A DNA stretch of 64,000 nucleotides from Macrostomum lignano (taxonomy: Eukaryota). Made by a program: the position numbers and the translations under genes. How positions within the stretch are numbered: the stretch's first letter is position 1; every line of letters begins with the position of its first letter. The stretch spans positions 1 to 64,000 of the forward strand of contig NIVC01001480.1 in NCBI GenBank assembly GCA_002269645.1. Direction: 5' to 3'. Positions 13,682 to 36,739 of this stretch are shown one piece after another. The notes beneath the pieces were generated by a model. The model was not told the DNA's origin. It saw only the letters and a list, made by a program, of their open reading frames with translations, and did not search any database.

Positions 13682-15012
13682 GCCACTTGTTAGACAGAGA
13701 GAGCCACTTGTTAGACAGAGAGAGCCACTTGTTAGACAGAGAGAGCCACTTGTTAGACAGAGAGAGCCACTTGTTAGACAGAGAGAGCCACTTGTTAGAC
13801 AGAGAGAGCCACTTGTTAGACAGAGAGAGCCACTTGTTAGACAGAGAGAGCCACTTGTTAGACAGAGAGAGCCACTTGTTAGACAGAGAGAGAGAGAGAG
13901 CCACTTGTTAGACAGAGAGAGAGAGAGAGCCACTTGTTAGACAGAGAGAGCCACTTGTTAGACAGAGAGAGAGAGAGAGAGAGCCACTTGTTAGACAGAG
14001 AGAGCCACTTGTTAGACAGAGAGAGCCACTTGTTAGACAGAGAGAGCCACTTGTTAGACAGAGAGAGCCACTTGTTAGACAGAGAGAGAGAGAGAGCCAC
14101 TTGTTAGACAGAGAGAGTCATTTGTTAGACAGAGAGAGCCACTTGTTAGACAGAGAGAGCCACTTGTTAGACAGAGAGAGCCACTTGTTAGACAGAGAGA
14201 GCCACTTGTTAGACAGAGAGAGCCACTTGTTAGACAGAGAGAGCCACTTGTTAGACAGAGAGAGCCACTTGTTAGACAGAGAGAGCCACTTGTTAGACAG
14301 AGAGAGCCACTTGTTAGACAGAGAGAGAGAGAGAGCCACTTGTTAGACAGAGAGAGAGAGAGAGCCACTTGTTAGACAGAGAGAGCCACTTGTTAGACAG
14401 AGAGAGAGAGAGAGCCACTTGTTAGACAGAGAGAGAGAGAGAGCCACTTGTTGGACAGAGAGAGCCACTTGTTAGACAGAGAGAGAGAGAGAGAGCCACT
14501 TGTTAGACAGAGAGAGCCACTTGTTAGACAGAGAGAGCCACTTGTTAGACAGAGAGAGCCACTTGTTAGACAGAGAGAGAGAGAGAGCCACTTGTTAGAC
14601 AGAGAGAGCCACTTGTTAGACAGAGAGAGCCACTTGTTAGACAGAGAGAGCCACTTGTTAGACAGAGAGAGTCATTTGTTAGACAGAGAGAGCCACTTGT
14701 TAGACAGAGAGAGCTACTTGTTAGACAGAGAGAGAGAGAGCCACTTGTTAGACAGAGAGAGCCACTTGTTAGACAGAGAGAGAGAGAGCCACTTGTTAGA
14801 CAGAGAGAGAGAGAGAGCCACTTGTTAGACAGAGAGAGCCACTTGTTAGACAGAGAGAGAGCCACTTGTTAGACAGAGAGAGAGCCACTTGTTAGACAGA
14901 GAGAGAGCCACTTGTTAGACAGAGAGAGCCACTTGTTAGACAGAGAGAGAGAGAGAGCCACTTGTTAGACAGAGAGAGCCACTTGTTAGACAGACAGAGC
15001 CACTTGTTAGAC
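13682..15012. repeat. 21-bp minisatellite GCCACTTGTTAGACAGAGAGA with a variable (GA)n tract
   Basis: Direct reading. Confidence 0.96.
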
Positions 15013-15205
15013 TGGGAGCAACAGTATATTGTCGATTAAATTGTGGGATTTCCTTATTTAGCCAAGCGCCTCTGCCACGGAGTTTCCCTTCTGCCAACTG
15101 TTGCTATTTTTAGCATCACCGCCCACCACTTCATTCCTCCGCGCAGATCGATATCGCTTTTCAAAACATTGGACATTGAACATTGGACAGCAAGCCAGCT
15201 GTCCA

Positions 15206-25431
<10,226 letters not shown>

Positions 25432-25599
25432 CATGTGTACTTTTGTAGCTAATTGTAATGTACTTTAAGATCCAGTAAGTACATGTACTTGTGTAACCAA
25501 AGCTTAGGTCTAAGGTCTTACCTAGAACAACATGTACAGTGCCGCTGCAACAAATATAGCCAATGCAATTCCATGCAACTAGCGTATATGCACTGTACC

Positions 25600-26135
25600 A
25601 TAATAAGCCCCATAACTACTCCATATAGCTACCCCCATAGCTACTCCATGGCTACCCCTTTGCTACCCCATGGCTACCCCTTTAGCTACCCCTTAGCTAC
25701 CCCTATGGCTACCCTTATAGCTACCCCCATAGCTACCCCAAGGCTACCCCCTAGCTAGCCCCATGGCTACCCCTTAGCTACCCCATGGCTACTCCTATAG
25801 CTACCCCTTAGCCACCCCTTAGCTACCCCACCCCCAAAGCTACTCTATGGCTACCCCCTAGCTACCCCTATGGCTACCCTTTTAGCTACCCCAAGGCTAC
25901 CCCCTAGCTAGCCCCATGGCTACTCCTTAGCTACCCCATGGCTACTCCAATAGCTACCCCTTAGCTACCCCGTCCCCAGAGCTACTCTATGGCTACCCCC
26001 TAGCTACCCCTATGGCTACCCTTTTAGCTACCCCCTAGCTACTCCCATGGCTACCCCTTAGCTACTCCCTAGCTAGCCCCATGGCTACCCCCATGGCTTT
26101 AGCTACCCCATGGCTACTCCTATAGCTACCCCAAT
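25600..26135. repeat. (TAGCTACCCC)-type short-unit array in the Kv2 3' flank
   Basis: Direct reading. Confidence 0.92.
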
Positions 26136-26844
26136 TGGTATTTTAATGGCCAGTTTGATTTTCTATTTTCAAGTGCGTCTTATTTTTTGTGTTTTGCTTG
26201 ACACCTTTTGCCTTTATAATTTACAAAAAATATTTGTTTCACTGTAACAAACAACTAGACTGTAATGTTTAATTTATTTCAGAACACCAATTCGATTCCT
26301 TACTTTAGCCTGATTTGATGCGAAGTTTTTCTCGCTTTTAAGGAAGTTGAATGCACATCGGGTATGGCGAAGAGTTATTATTTGCAGTGGAAAAAATGTA
26401 TAGGCATTATAGTTTTAAGGTTGATACAATGCTGTCTACTATAATACAACGATTGATGTTAAGTGTTTTAATGCGAAATTTTCCTCACAAATAACCTTCT
26501 TGATAATTTTGAGAGCACCAGACGTACACTACTAATAGTAATTAAAGAGCCAATTCAGGTACAAATTTGAGATAAAATTGCAAAAAAATTCAATTTTTTA
26601 CTTCTTCATTTTCACATCTTGGAGCTTTTGTTGAGTGTGAGTTGAATTGAAGTCAGTTTTTTGGTTTGATCCATCAAATAAATGATTCTGATCAGCAATC
26701 TACAGATTCCCATTAATATGACATGTATATTTTTGTGCTGGACAGACAGTTTTAAACAGAAATCATTAACGAATAGTCACTGACGTTGAGACATTTTATT
26801 GCATCAGTTGGAGCAGATGGTCAATCGCAATTTTTCTGGTGATC

Positions 26845-26978
26845 AGATTAGCAATCCATTCTAGCCGTGAAATCACATTGGTTAGATTAGCAATCCATTC
26901 AAGCCGTGAAATCACATTGGCTAGATTAGCAATTCATTCTAGCCGTGCAATCACATTGGCTAGATTAGCAATTCATTC
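26845..26978. repeat. Three to four copies of ~40-bp GATTAGCAATCCATTCTAGCCGTGAAATCACATTGGYTA
   Basis: Direct reading. Confidence 0.85.
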
Positions 26979-27620
26979 TTTACAATAACCTACATAATAT
27001 AAATAGCAATTTTATAGTTCATGTAGAATGCAAAGCTAACAACAAATCAATGTATTAAAAAAATCTGACTAACAAAATCACAATAGACTGCATAAGTATA
27101 TATAAATATGAATATATTGATTAATCGGAAAGAAATCAGTGCTGGAGATTGTTTGAGAACTAGTTAACAAAAAAAACATGCATTTAATTTCAACTTTAAA
27201 CATGCCGCATACATTTTAATCACAAAGAAAGATAAAAAATCATTTCTGAGCATAGATTTTCTATGCATTAATATTTTTTTCTTTGCGGTACAAATCGGCA
27301 AACCTTTTCTGTATAATTACAATAATAATTTTCGATACATATCGGCTAACCCATACTGTATATTAGAATTAAATGTTTCGATACATATCGGCTAAACCAT
27401 ACCGTATAATTAGAATTCAATTTTTCGATACATATCGGCTAACCTATACTTTATAATTAGAATAATAATTATATGCTAATGTACTTTTCGATACATATCG
27501 GCTAAGCAATACTGTATAATTAGAGTAATAACATTTGACGCATAACAGCTAGCCTATTATACGTCTGTAAAATTTCGATACATATCGGCTAGTATAGAAT
27601 ACAAATTTCCCAGTGAACAG

Positions 27621-30600
27621 TTACGCTTGCTTTCCCAGAGCTGCAGCCAGAAACTGTCTTTCTTGGCGCACGATTCTATCAACAAGCTGGGTCTCCTCAG
27701 TCGTCAGGGTTAGCACCGTTCGGCCTGACTCAGAGTTAATGGCGCTGTACACAGCGCGGAGCAGGCCGCGCGAATCGTATGTAATGTAGGGGCTTAGCAA
27801 GTCGTCTAGGATGCGCACGTCTAGATAAGCCTGTCGGATAGAAGAATAGGGGCGATTTGCAACTCGTGTCAATAATCAAATATAGTTGGCTGGAGATGGG
27901 GTAGCGGCAAGATCAAAGAAAGCTGGCTGGAGATGGGGTAGCGGCAAGATCAAAGAGAGCTGGCTGGAGATGGGGTAGCGGCAAGATCAAAGAGAGTTGG
28001 CTGGAGATGGGGTAGCGGCAAGATCAAATAGAGTTGGCTGGAGATGGGGTAGCGGCAAGATCAAATAGAGTTGGCTGGAGATGGGGTAGCGGCAAGATCA
28101 AAGAGAGTTGGCTGGAGATGGGGTAGCGGCAAGATCAGAGAGAGTTTGCTGGAGATGGGGTAGCGGCAAGATCAAAGAAAGCTGGCTGGAGATGGGGTAG
28201 CGGCAAGATCAGAGAGTTGGCTGAAGATGGGGTAGCGGCAAGATCAAAGAGAGCTGGCTGAAGATGGGGTAGCGGCAAGATGAAAGAGAGCTGGCTGGAG
28301 ATTGGGTAGCGGCAAGATCAAAGAGAGTTTGCTGGAGATGGGGTAGCGGCAAGATCAAAGAGAGTTGGCTGGAGATTGGGTAGCGGCAAGATCAAAGAGA
28401 GCTGGCTGGAGATGGGGTAGCGGCAAGATCAAAGAAAGCTGGCTGGAGATGGGGTAGCGGCAAGATGAAAGAGAGCTGGCTGAAGATGGGGTAGCGGCAA
28501 GATGAAAGAGAGCTGGCTGGAGATTGGGTAGCGGCAAGATCAAAGAGAGTTTGCTGGAGATGGGGTAGCGGCAAGATCAAAGAGAGTTGGCTGGAGATTG
28601 GGTAGCGGCAAGATCAAAGAGAGCTGGCTGGAGATGGGGTAGCGGCAAGATCAAAGAAAGCTGGCTGGAGATGGGGTAGCGGCAAGATCAAAGAGAGTTT
28701 GCTGGAGATGGGGTAGCGGCAAGATCAAAGAGAGCTGGCTGGAGATTGGGTAGCGGCAAGATCAAAGAGAGCTGGCTGGAGATGGGGTAGCGGCAAGATC
28801 AAAGAAAGCTGGCTGGAGATGGGGTAGCGGCAAGATCAAAGAGAGTTTGCTGGAGATGGGGTAGCGGCAAGATCAAAGAGAGCTGGCTGGAGATGGGGTA
28901 GCGGCAAGATCAATTAGAGTTGGCTCGTGATGGGGTAGCGGCAAGATCAATTAGAGTTGGCTGGAGATGGGGTAGCGGCAAGATCAATTAGAGTTGGCTG
29001 GAGATGGGGTAGCGTCAAGATCAAATAGAGTTGGCTGGAGATGGGGTAGCGGCAAGATCAAATAGAGTTGGCTGGAGATGGGGTAGCGGCAAGATCAAAG
29101 AGAGTTGGCTGGAGATGGGGTAGCGGCAAGATCAAAGAGAGTTGGCTGGAGATGGGGTAGCGGCAAGATCAAATAGAGTTGGCTGGAGATGGGGTAGCGG
29201 CAAGATCAAAGAGAGTTGGCTGGAGATGGGGTAGCGGCAAGATCAGAGAGTTGGCTGAAGATGGGGTAGCGGCAAGATCAAAGAGAGCTGGCTGAAGATG
29301 GGGTAGCGGCAAGATGAAAGAGAGCTGGCTGGAGATGGGGTAGCGGCAAGATCAAAGAGAGTTGGCTGGAGATGGGGTAGCGGCAAGATCAAACATTAAG
29401 GGTGAAATGAAAACAGCCGAAAAAGATTCTATTAATTAAAATCTAAAATCACCTGCAGCCGGCCATTGCGACACCAGGCAGTCACGGAGGTGAAGCACCT
29501 GTGCAGCTCTTGAACTAGCAGACCCACCACCTGCTTCAGCACGTCCTCAGCGTAAGCCCGACCGCCAACAAGCACGGATTGCTGCTGCAGTTGCTGCTGC
29601 TTTTGGCTCTCATCGGTGGTCGCAGTTAAAAAGCCGCCGCTGATCTCCGCCAGCACCTCGCCAACGGAGTGCAGCGCGTCGCGCACGTACAGACGAGGCG
29701 CTGCGGGTGGCGCGCACCTTGCCCAGGTGAAACCGGCGCGTAGCATTTTTGCTTCTAGGGGACCGTAGATTGCCCGGGCTTTCTCTTCGACGTAAGCGGC
29801 TTTGAGCTCGTCTAGGAAGGCGTCGTAGTAAGCGTTCACCACTGCGGCCATCGACTCCAGGCCTGGCGGGGTGGAAATGGCGACACGGCGAGGGTGAAAA
29901 TGGCGGTATGGCGAGAGTGAAAATGGCGACACGGCGAGGGTGGAAATGGCGGTATGGCGAGAGTGAAAATGGCGACACGGCGAGGGTAGAAATAGCGACA
30001 GTTGAAATGGCGACACGGCGAGGGTAGAAATAGCGACAGTTGAAATGGCGACACGGCGAGGGTAGAAATAGCGACAGTTGAAATGGCGACACGGCGAAGG
30101 TGGAAATAGCACACATAAACAAAGAGCTTTACCCTCGTGACCCTCCGCCCGCAGCGAAGCTAGAATCCTCCTATTGGGATGCCGATAAGCGAAGCTGGCG
30201 TCGCACTGCACAGCCAGCAGGCGGCTGCACTGCTGAGTGGTCGGCTGCTGCTGCAATGGCTGCTGCGAAGAGCCGGTAGTCAACGAGGCGACGCCGGAGA
30301 CGGAAGCCGACGAGGCAACCGAAGGCGAGGCGGCTACGGCGCGGAGCTGCTTGCGTAGCCGGTCGCAAAAGCTGCACATCAGGGTTGACACGGCGGCGCG
30401 GATATGCGGGCCCCAGCGAACTCGGGTGACCTGGGAATGCAGGTTGAGTCAAGCTGGATTAAAGATGATCTGCTAGCACAGGAGTTGGCAAACTCCGGCC
30501 CGTGGGCTCAATGCGGCCAGCCAAGCCTCTCTATATGGCCCGCTCTGTTGCTCAAGGTTTATGTCTCTTCGCGGCTCACTTTCACTTCTCTTCTCTCTTC

Positions 30601-30747
30601 TCTTTCTCCTCTTATCTCTCTTCTCTCATCTCGTCAATCATCTTTTACTACTAATAATAATGCTACTACTAATGGTACTACTACTACTACTACCACTGCT
30701 ACTACCACTACTATTGCTACCACTAATAATAATGCTACTACTAATGG

Positions 30748-30778
<31 letters not shown>

Positions 30779-30806
30779 GCTACTACCACTACTGCTACTA
30801 CTACTG

Positions 30807-30838
<32 letters not shown>

Positions 30839-30896
30839 GCTACTACTACTGCTACTACTACTACTACTACTAATACTACTACTGCTACTACTACTG

Positions 30897-30934
<38 letters not shown>

Positions 30935-32485
30935 GCTACTACCACTACTGCTACTACTCACCTCGAACGGCAGCTCAATTTCGTTAGCCGAGTGCAGGCA
31001 TTCGGCCAGCAGAGTTAGAAAATCGTTCACTAATTTTTCGTACACCAACGGCAGCTGACTGTGCGACCCGTCCGCCGTGGCCGAAGCAGCCGACGCTCCG
31101 GACGGCACCGGCCAGTCGTCCGAGCCACGCAAGCCGGCCACCTCGGCCGCGTATTGGCGCTTTAGCCGACTCAAATAGCGCAACCTGAGCCGGGAGGTCA
31201 GCCTAGCCAGCTGCTTGGCCGCCTCAGGACCGACCAGTTGCGGCGACACCCCGGCCAGATTCTGCCGCATCGCCCGACACTCAGCGCCGGCGTCGTCGAT
31301 TTTAGTTGACTGCTGCTGCTGTTGCTTATCCTCGTCATTGTCGGCGCCGGCGTCTCCGTAATCATCGATCTCGTCTATATTGCTAATCTCTTCATCGTCA
31401 TAATCGTCTTCAGTGGCAGCAGAAGAAGCAGAATCTTCGCCAGCTAACCGGAGCCGGCTTCGCTGCAGATTAACCCAGCTAATCGCCAGGTCACCAAGCG
31501 GATCTGTGCCGCTGCCGATGCCGCCGATGCCAGCCTGCTGCAGTTCGCCAATCAGCCTGGCATAGTGGCGAAGAAACTCGCCAAGCGGACGGCGTCGCCA
31601 CCAGCCGGCCAAGTAGCGCTGCCTCAGGTAGGCTAAACTATCCTCAGCGGCTTTGGCTGCGCCGAGTCTCTGCAGCTGCCTGACTAAATAGGCGTGCTGA
31701 TCCACTGGCAGGGGGCCGTCCGACTGAGCAGCGGACGCTGAGCCGTGACTGCTGCTATCATCGTCAAGCTGCTGCTGCTGCTGCTGCTGAGGCGTCGGCG
31801 GCATCAGCCGGTTGAGCAGCTGTCTGCGCAGCACCGTTGCTCGCGATTCTACCTGCGGTACGATTTTGAGTTTAACATCATTTCGATACATATCGGTAAG
31901 TAGTACATTATTTTTACAGCTAACTACTGCTCAAAGCAATTCTGCCCATTCCGTTGACTCCTAAGCACATACAAGCGCATGAATGAACGAGCTGAAGCAA
32001 TACAGAGTTAAGTGCCTTGCACAACGACACCATTTGTTCCAGTGGGATCGGGAAACGAACCCTCGACCTTCAAGACGCGAGTCCGACGCTCTAACCACTA
32101 GGCTACAACCCCTAATAAACTGACTAACAAACAAGCTGACTAAGTAACCAACTACGAGCGTAACTAACTAACTAATTAACTAATCAACCAACAAACTAAC
32201 TAACTAACTGAGTAACTAGCTATCTAACTAACTAACTAGCTAACTAACTAACTAGCTAACCAACCAACCAACTAGCTAACTAACTAACTAACTGACTAAC
32301 TAACTAACCAACTAACTAACTAGCTAACTAACTGAGTAACTAGCTATCTAACTAACTAACTAACTAACTAACTAACTGAGTAACTAGCTATCTAACTAAC
32401 TGACTAACTAACTAAATAACTAACTAACTAACTAAATAACTAGCTAACTAACTAACTAGCTAACTAACTAACTAGCTAACCAACC

Positions 32486-32521
<36 letters not shown>

Positions 32522-32522
32522 G

Positions 32523-32565
<43 letters not shown>

Positions 32566-35500
32566 GACTAACTAACTAACTAACTAACTGACTGACTAAC
32601 TAACTAACTGACTGACTGACTAACTAACTAACTAGCTAACTAACTGAGTAACTAGCTATCTAACTAACTAACTGACTAACTAACTAACTAACCAACTAAC
32701 TAACTAACTAGCTAACTAACTGAGTAACTAACTAACTAACCAACTAACTAACTAACTAGCTAACTAACTGAGTAACTAGCTATCTAACTAACTAACTAAC
32801 TACCTACCTACCTAACTAACCAGCTAACAAGGCAAATCGCAAGACACAGAAAAAACAAACCTGCTCCCAAACTCGCAGAAAAGTCGGCACCCGAGTTGAG
32901 CCGTAGCGCGCCTTGCCGCGCAGGTATTCGTCAATAGCCAGCTTGTGATTGCCAGCTCGCATGTGGGCATCCAGCACGCCAGGCAGGTTGAACAGGCCCC
33001 TGGATTTCTCCATCACGTGAATCGCATTCCTCAGGGTGTCGGTGTGATCTTTGCGATTCAGAGCCGCTTGGAACAGTTCCCCAGCGATCCGATTGCAGTC
33101 GCGCAGCAGCCGCTGCGTGTCCAGACAGTGCGACTGCAGCTGGCTTTGCTCTTGCTCGGCTACGCGGCGAAGGCTGTCGAGCTCGTCCAGGCCCTGGACA
33201 GCACAGTGGAGGATAGTCATTGGATGATAGTCATTGGATGGTAGTCATTGGATGGTAGTCATTGGAGGATAGTCATTGGAGGATAGTCATTGGAGGATAG
33301 TCATTGGAGGATAGTCATTGGAGGATAGTCATTGGAGGATAGTCATTGGAGGATAGTCATTGGATGGTAGTCATTGGATGGTAGTCATTGGAGGATAGTC
33401 ATTGGAGGATAGAGAACATTTATCAATAGCATCTGAATAATCAAGAGCCAGGTTTTTAAGGTCAAATATATCGGTTGGGAACATACGGAGAATCGTAGAG
33501 AGACGGTGGGGATCCGGAGAGGGACAGGTGGAGATCCGAAAAGAGACAGGTGGGGATCCGGAGAGAGACAGGTGGGGATCCGGAGAGGGACAGGTGGGGA
33601 TCCGAAAAGGGACATGTGGAGATCCGAAAAGGGACAGGTGGGGATTCGGAGAAGGACAGGTGGGGATCCGGAGAGGGACAGGTGGGGATCCGGAGAGGGA
33701 CAGGTGGGGATCCGGAGAGGGACAGGTGGGGATCCGGAGAGAGACAGGTGGGGATCCGGAGAAGGACAGGTGGGGATCTGGAGACAGACAGGTGGGGATC
33801 CGGAGAAGGACAGGTGGGGATCCGGAGAGGGACAGGTGGGGATCCGGAAGAAACAGTCTTTGAGCGTGTTTGGGGAAGAAACAGGTGAGATTAGGAAAGG
33901 AACACGAACAGGAATCCTAGAATGGGGACCTGTTAAGTCGTTAAAAGGTGGCATAAAAAGGTAAATAAACTGTGAACTTGAAATCACCTTAAACACATCG
34001 TTGAGATGCGGCTTCAGAAATCCCACAGCTTGGGCGGGATCGGCACTAACGCTGGTCCGCAGGCTGCGCACCTCCCGATCCAGATCTGGCGCCGATTTGC
34101 CCTGATAATTAGCCAGCAGGAATTTCACCGGATCGAAATCGGCGCTGAGTAGGTCGGCGCTCGGGTCGCCGGCGGCTGAGACAGACGATGAAGCGGAGCC
34201 AGCGACTGCGGCGGCAGACTCGGATGCTGAGCGATCGCGGCGGGGATCAACCACTGAACCGGCGCTTGTGCTCGATGGCTTTAGCTCCTGAGTCTGGGAG
34301 AGTTAGGGGGGGGGAGGTGGGATTGACTTGGAAGAATGAAGATCCAGAGTCAAGGATGCAGATTCAGTGACTCAGGGATGCAGATTCAGTATCTCAGGGA
34401 TGCAGATTCAGTATCTCAGGAATGCAGATTCAGTATCTCAGGGATGCAGATTCAGTATCTCAAGGATGCAGATTCAGTATCTCAAGGTTGCAGATTCAGT
34501 ATCTCAGGGTTGCAGATTCAGTATCTCAGGGATGCAGATTCAGTATCTCAAGGTTGCAGATTCAGTATCTCAGGGATGCAGATTCAGTATCTCAGGAATG
34601 CAGATTCAGTATCTCAGGGATGCAGATTCAGTATCTCAAGGATGCAGATTCAGTGACTCAAGGATGCAGATTCAGTGACTCAGGTATGCACATTCAGTGA
34701 CTCAGGGATGCAGATTCAGTGACTCAAGGATGCAGATTCAGTGACTCAGGTATGCAGATTCAGTATCTCAGGGATGCAGATTCAGTATCTCAGGGATGCA
34801 GATTCAGTATCTCAGGGATGCAGATTCAGTATCTCAAGGTTGCTGATTCAGTATCTCAGGGATGCAGATTCAGTATCTCAGGGATGCAGATTCAGTATCT
34901 CAGGGATGCAGATTCAGTGTCTCAGGGATGCAGATTCAGTATCTCAGGGATGCAGATTCAGTATCTCAGGGATGCAGATTCAGTATCTCAGGGATGCAGA
35001 TTCAGTATCTCAGGGATGCAGATTCAGTATCTCAAGGTTGCTGATTCAGTATCTCAGGGATGCAGATTCAGTATCTCAGGGATGCAGATTCAGTATCTCA
35101 GGGATGCAGATTCAGTATCTCAAGGTTGCTGATTCAGTATCTCAGGGATGCAGATTCAGTATCTCAGGGATGCAGATTCAGTATCTCAGGGATGCAGATT
35201 CAGTGTCTCAGGGATGCAGATTCAGTATCTCAGGGATGCAGATTCAGTATCTCAGGGATGCAGATTCAGTATCTCAGGGATGCAGATTCAGTATCTCAGG
35301 GATGCAGATTCAGTATCTCAGGGATGCAGATTCAGTGTCTCAGGGATGCAGATTCAGTATCTCAGGGATGCAGATTCAGTATCTCAGGGATGCAGATTCA
35401 GTATCTCAAGGTTGCTGATTCAGTATCTCAGGGATGCAGATTCAGTATCTCAGGGATGCAGATTCAGTATCTCAGGGATGCAGATTCAGTATCTCAGGGA

Positions 35501-36615
35501 TGCAGATTCAGTGTCTCAGGGATGCAGATTCAGTATCTCAGGGATGCAGATTCAGTATCTCAGGGATGCAGATTCAGTATCTCAGGGATGCAGATTCAGT
35601 GTCTCAGGGATGCAGATTCAGTATCTCAGGGATGCAGATTCAGTGACTCAGGTATGCAGATTCAGTGACTCAGGGATGCAGATTCAGTGTCTCAGGGATG
35701 CAGATTCAGTATCTCAGGAATGCAGATTCAGTATCTCAGGGATGCAGATTCAGTATCTCAAGGATGCAGATTCAGTATCTCAAGGTTGCAGATTCAGTAT
35801 CTCAGGGTTGCAGATTCAGTATCTCAGGGATGCAGGTTCAGTGACTCAGGGATGCAGGTTCAGTGACTCAGGGATGCAGATTCAGTGACTCAGGGATGCA
35901 AATTCAGTGACTCAAGGATGCAGATTCAGTGACTCAGGGATGCAAATTCAGTGACTCAGGGATGCAGATTCAGTATCTCAGGGTTGCAGGTTCAGTGACT
36001 CAGGGATGCAAATTCAGTGACTCAAGGATGCAGATTCAGTGACTTTGCAGTGTCTTTAAAACACGTATTTAGTGTCTCGAAGCCAAATTTCGGCAAATTT
36101 CTCGGGATTCAGAAACAAAAATTTAGTAACTCAATAATCAAGAGACAGGTATTCAAAGTCATCTATATACATGTATAGTGAATTTAAAATATTAATAACG
36201 CGGATCTACTACCTGAAGAACCGAAGCACATGTTTACAATGAAAAAACTTGAATCAAATCACCTACTAACCTCAAACAGACTCTTGTCGGTCTCGGGCCA
36301 AACAGACCATTCGTCGCACAAACCCACACTGAGCGCTTCAACAGTGAACTCAACCAGGCAGTTACACTTGACTCTCTCGCCCTTCTCATTACCTAGAACT
36401 AGTACAATGGCACCAGGGCCAAGTCTAGTCTGACCAGATATGGCCACAATTTTCTTTGAACTTTTCCATTCGGCCCACAGTGTACAGTCGAAGCCGCAGA
36501 TGTACAGTGCCACGATGCTATCTTGCGAGCTGCCTAAATAAGTTCCACGAATTGTCACGGCAGTGCCTGGTGGGCCACTGCGCGGTGAAATACCATTGAT
36601 ATCTGGCGATGACAT
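27621..36615 (-). CDS. EXOC2: Exocyst component 2 (Sec5), 930 aa. Exons 36615-36271, 34293-33988, 33193-32861, 31852-30962, 30430-30133, 29862-29453, 27830-27621
   Basis: N-terminal IPT domain NGISPRSGPPGTAVTIRGTYLG...ICGFDC...AEWKSSKKI. Also ADLLSADFDPVKFLLANY, ELFQAALNRKDHTDTLRNAIHVMEKSRGLFNLP, YVEEKARAIYGPLE...FTWARCAPP and NGRLQAYLDVRIL, all colinear with Sec5 as I recall it. All six introns are GT-AG and phase-consistent. Confidence 0.92.
27885..29391. repeat. 37-bp minisatellite AGTTGGCTGGAGATGGGGTAGCGGCAAGATCAAAGAG, ~40 copies (EXOC2 intron 6)
   Basis: Direct reading. Confidence 0.96.
29873..30110. repeat. GGAAATGGCGACACGGCGAGGGT-based array (EXOC2 intron 5)
   Basis: Direct reading. 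Confidence 0.9.
30645..30958. repeat. (ACT)n trinucleotide microsatellite (EXOC2 intron 4)
   Basis: Begins right after the 30961 donor on the minus strand; the poly-S ORF is intronic. Confidence 0.95.
31920..32112 (-). mobile_element. tRNA-headed SINE with a partial CORE and a different 3' region
   Basis: Minus strand GGGGTTGTAGCCTAGTGGTTAGAGCGTCGG...GGTTCGTTTCC...GGAACAAATGGTGTCGTTGTGCAAGGCACTTAACTCTGTATTGCTTCAG; the head matches the 10773 copy. Confidence 0.75.
32160..32820. repeat. (AACT)n microsatellite (EXOC2 intron 3)
   Basis: Direct reading. Confidence 0.96.
33208..33412. repeat. 14-bp minisatellite GGATAGTCATTGGA
   Basis: Direct reading. Confidence 0.95.
33505..33848. repeat. 22-bp minisatellite GGGGATCCGGAGAGGGACAGGT
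   Basis: Direct reading. Confidence 0.95.
34340..36045. repeat. 22-bp minisatellite GATGCAGATTCAGTATCTCAGG, ~75 copies (EXOC2 intron 1)
   Basis: Direct reading. Confidence 0.96.
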
Positions 36616-36739
36616 GAAAATTAGCACCAAATCAATCATCATTATTCGAGTTTTATAGGCTCGTGCACTGTTAATTATTGCCTAGTTGCTAATAAAACAA
36701 GTTTAAAAATCCTATACAACAGGCATGAAAAGAGCAAAT

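Noticed and set aside
30638-30961. Poly-Ser tract in EXOC2
   Set aside because: A GTGAGT donor at 30961 precedes it; it is an intronic (AGT)n repeat ending in a stop.
32034-32112. tRNA gene on the minus strand (also at 10773 and 38786)
   Set aside because: A and B boxes are present, but the acceptor and anticodon stems do not pair canonically and the sequence continues into a SINE body.
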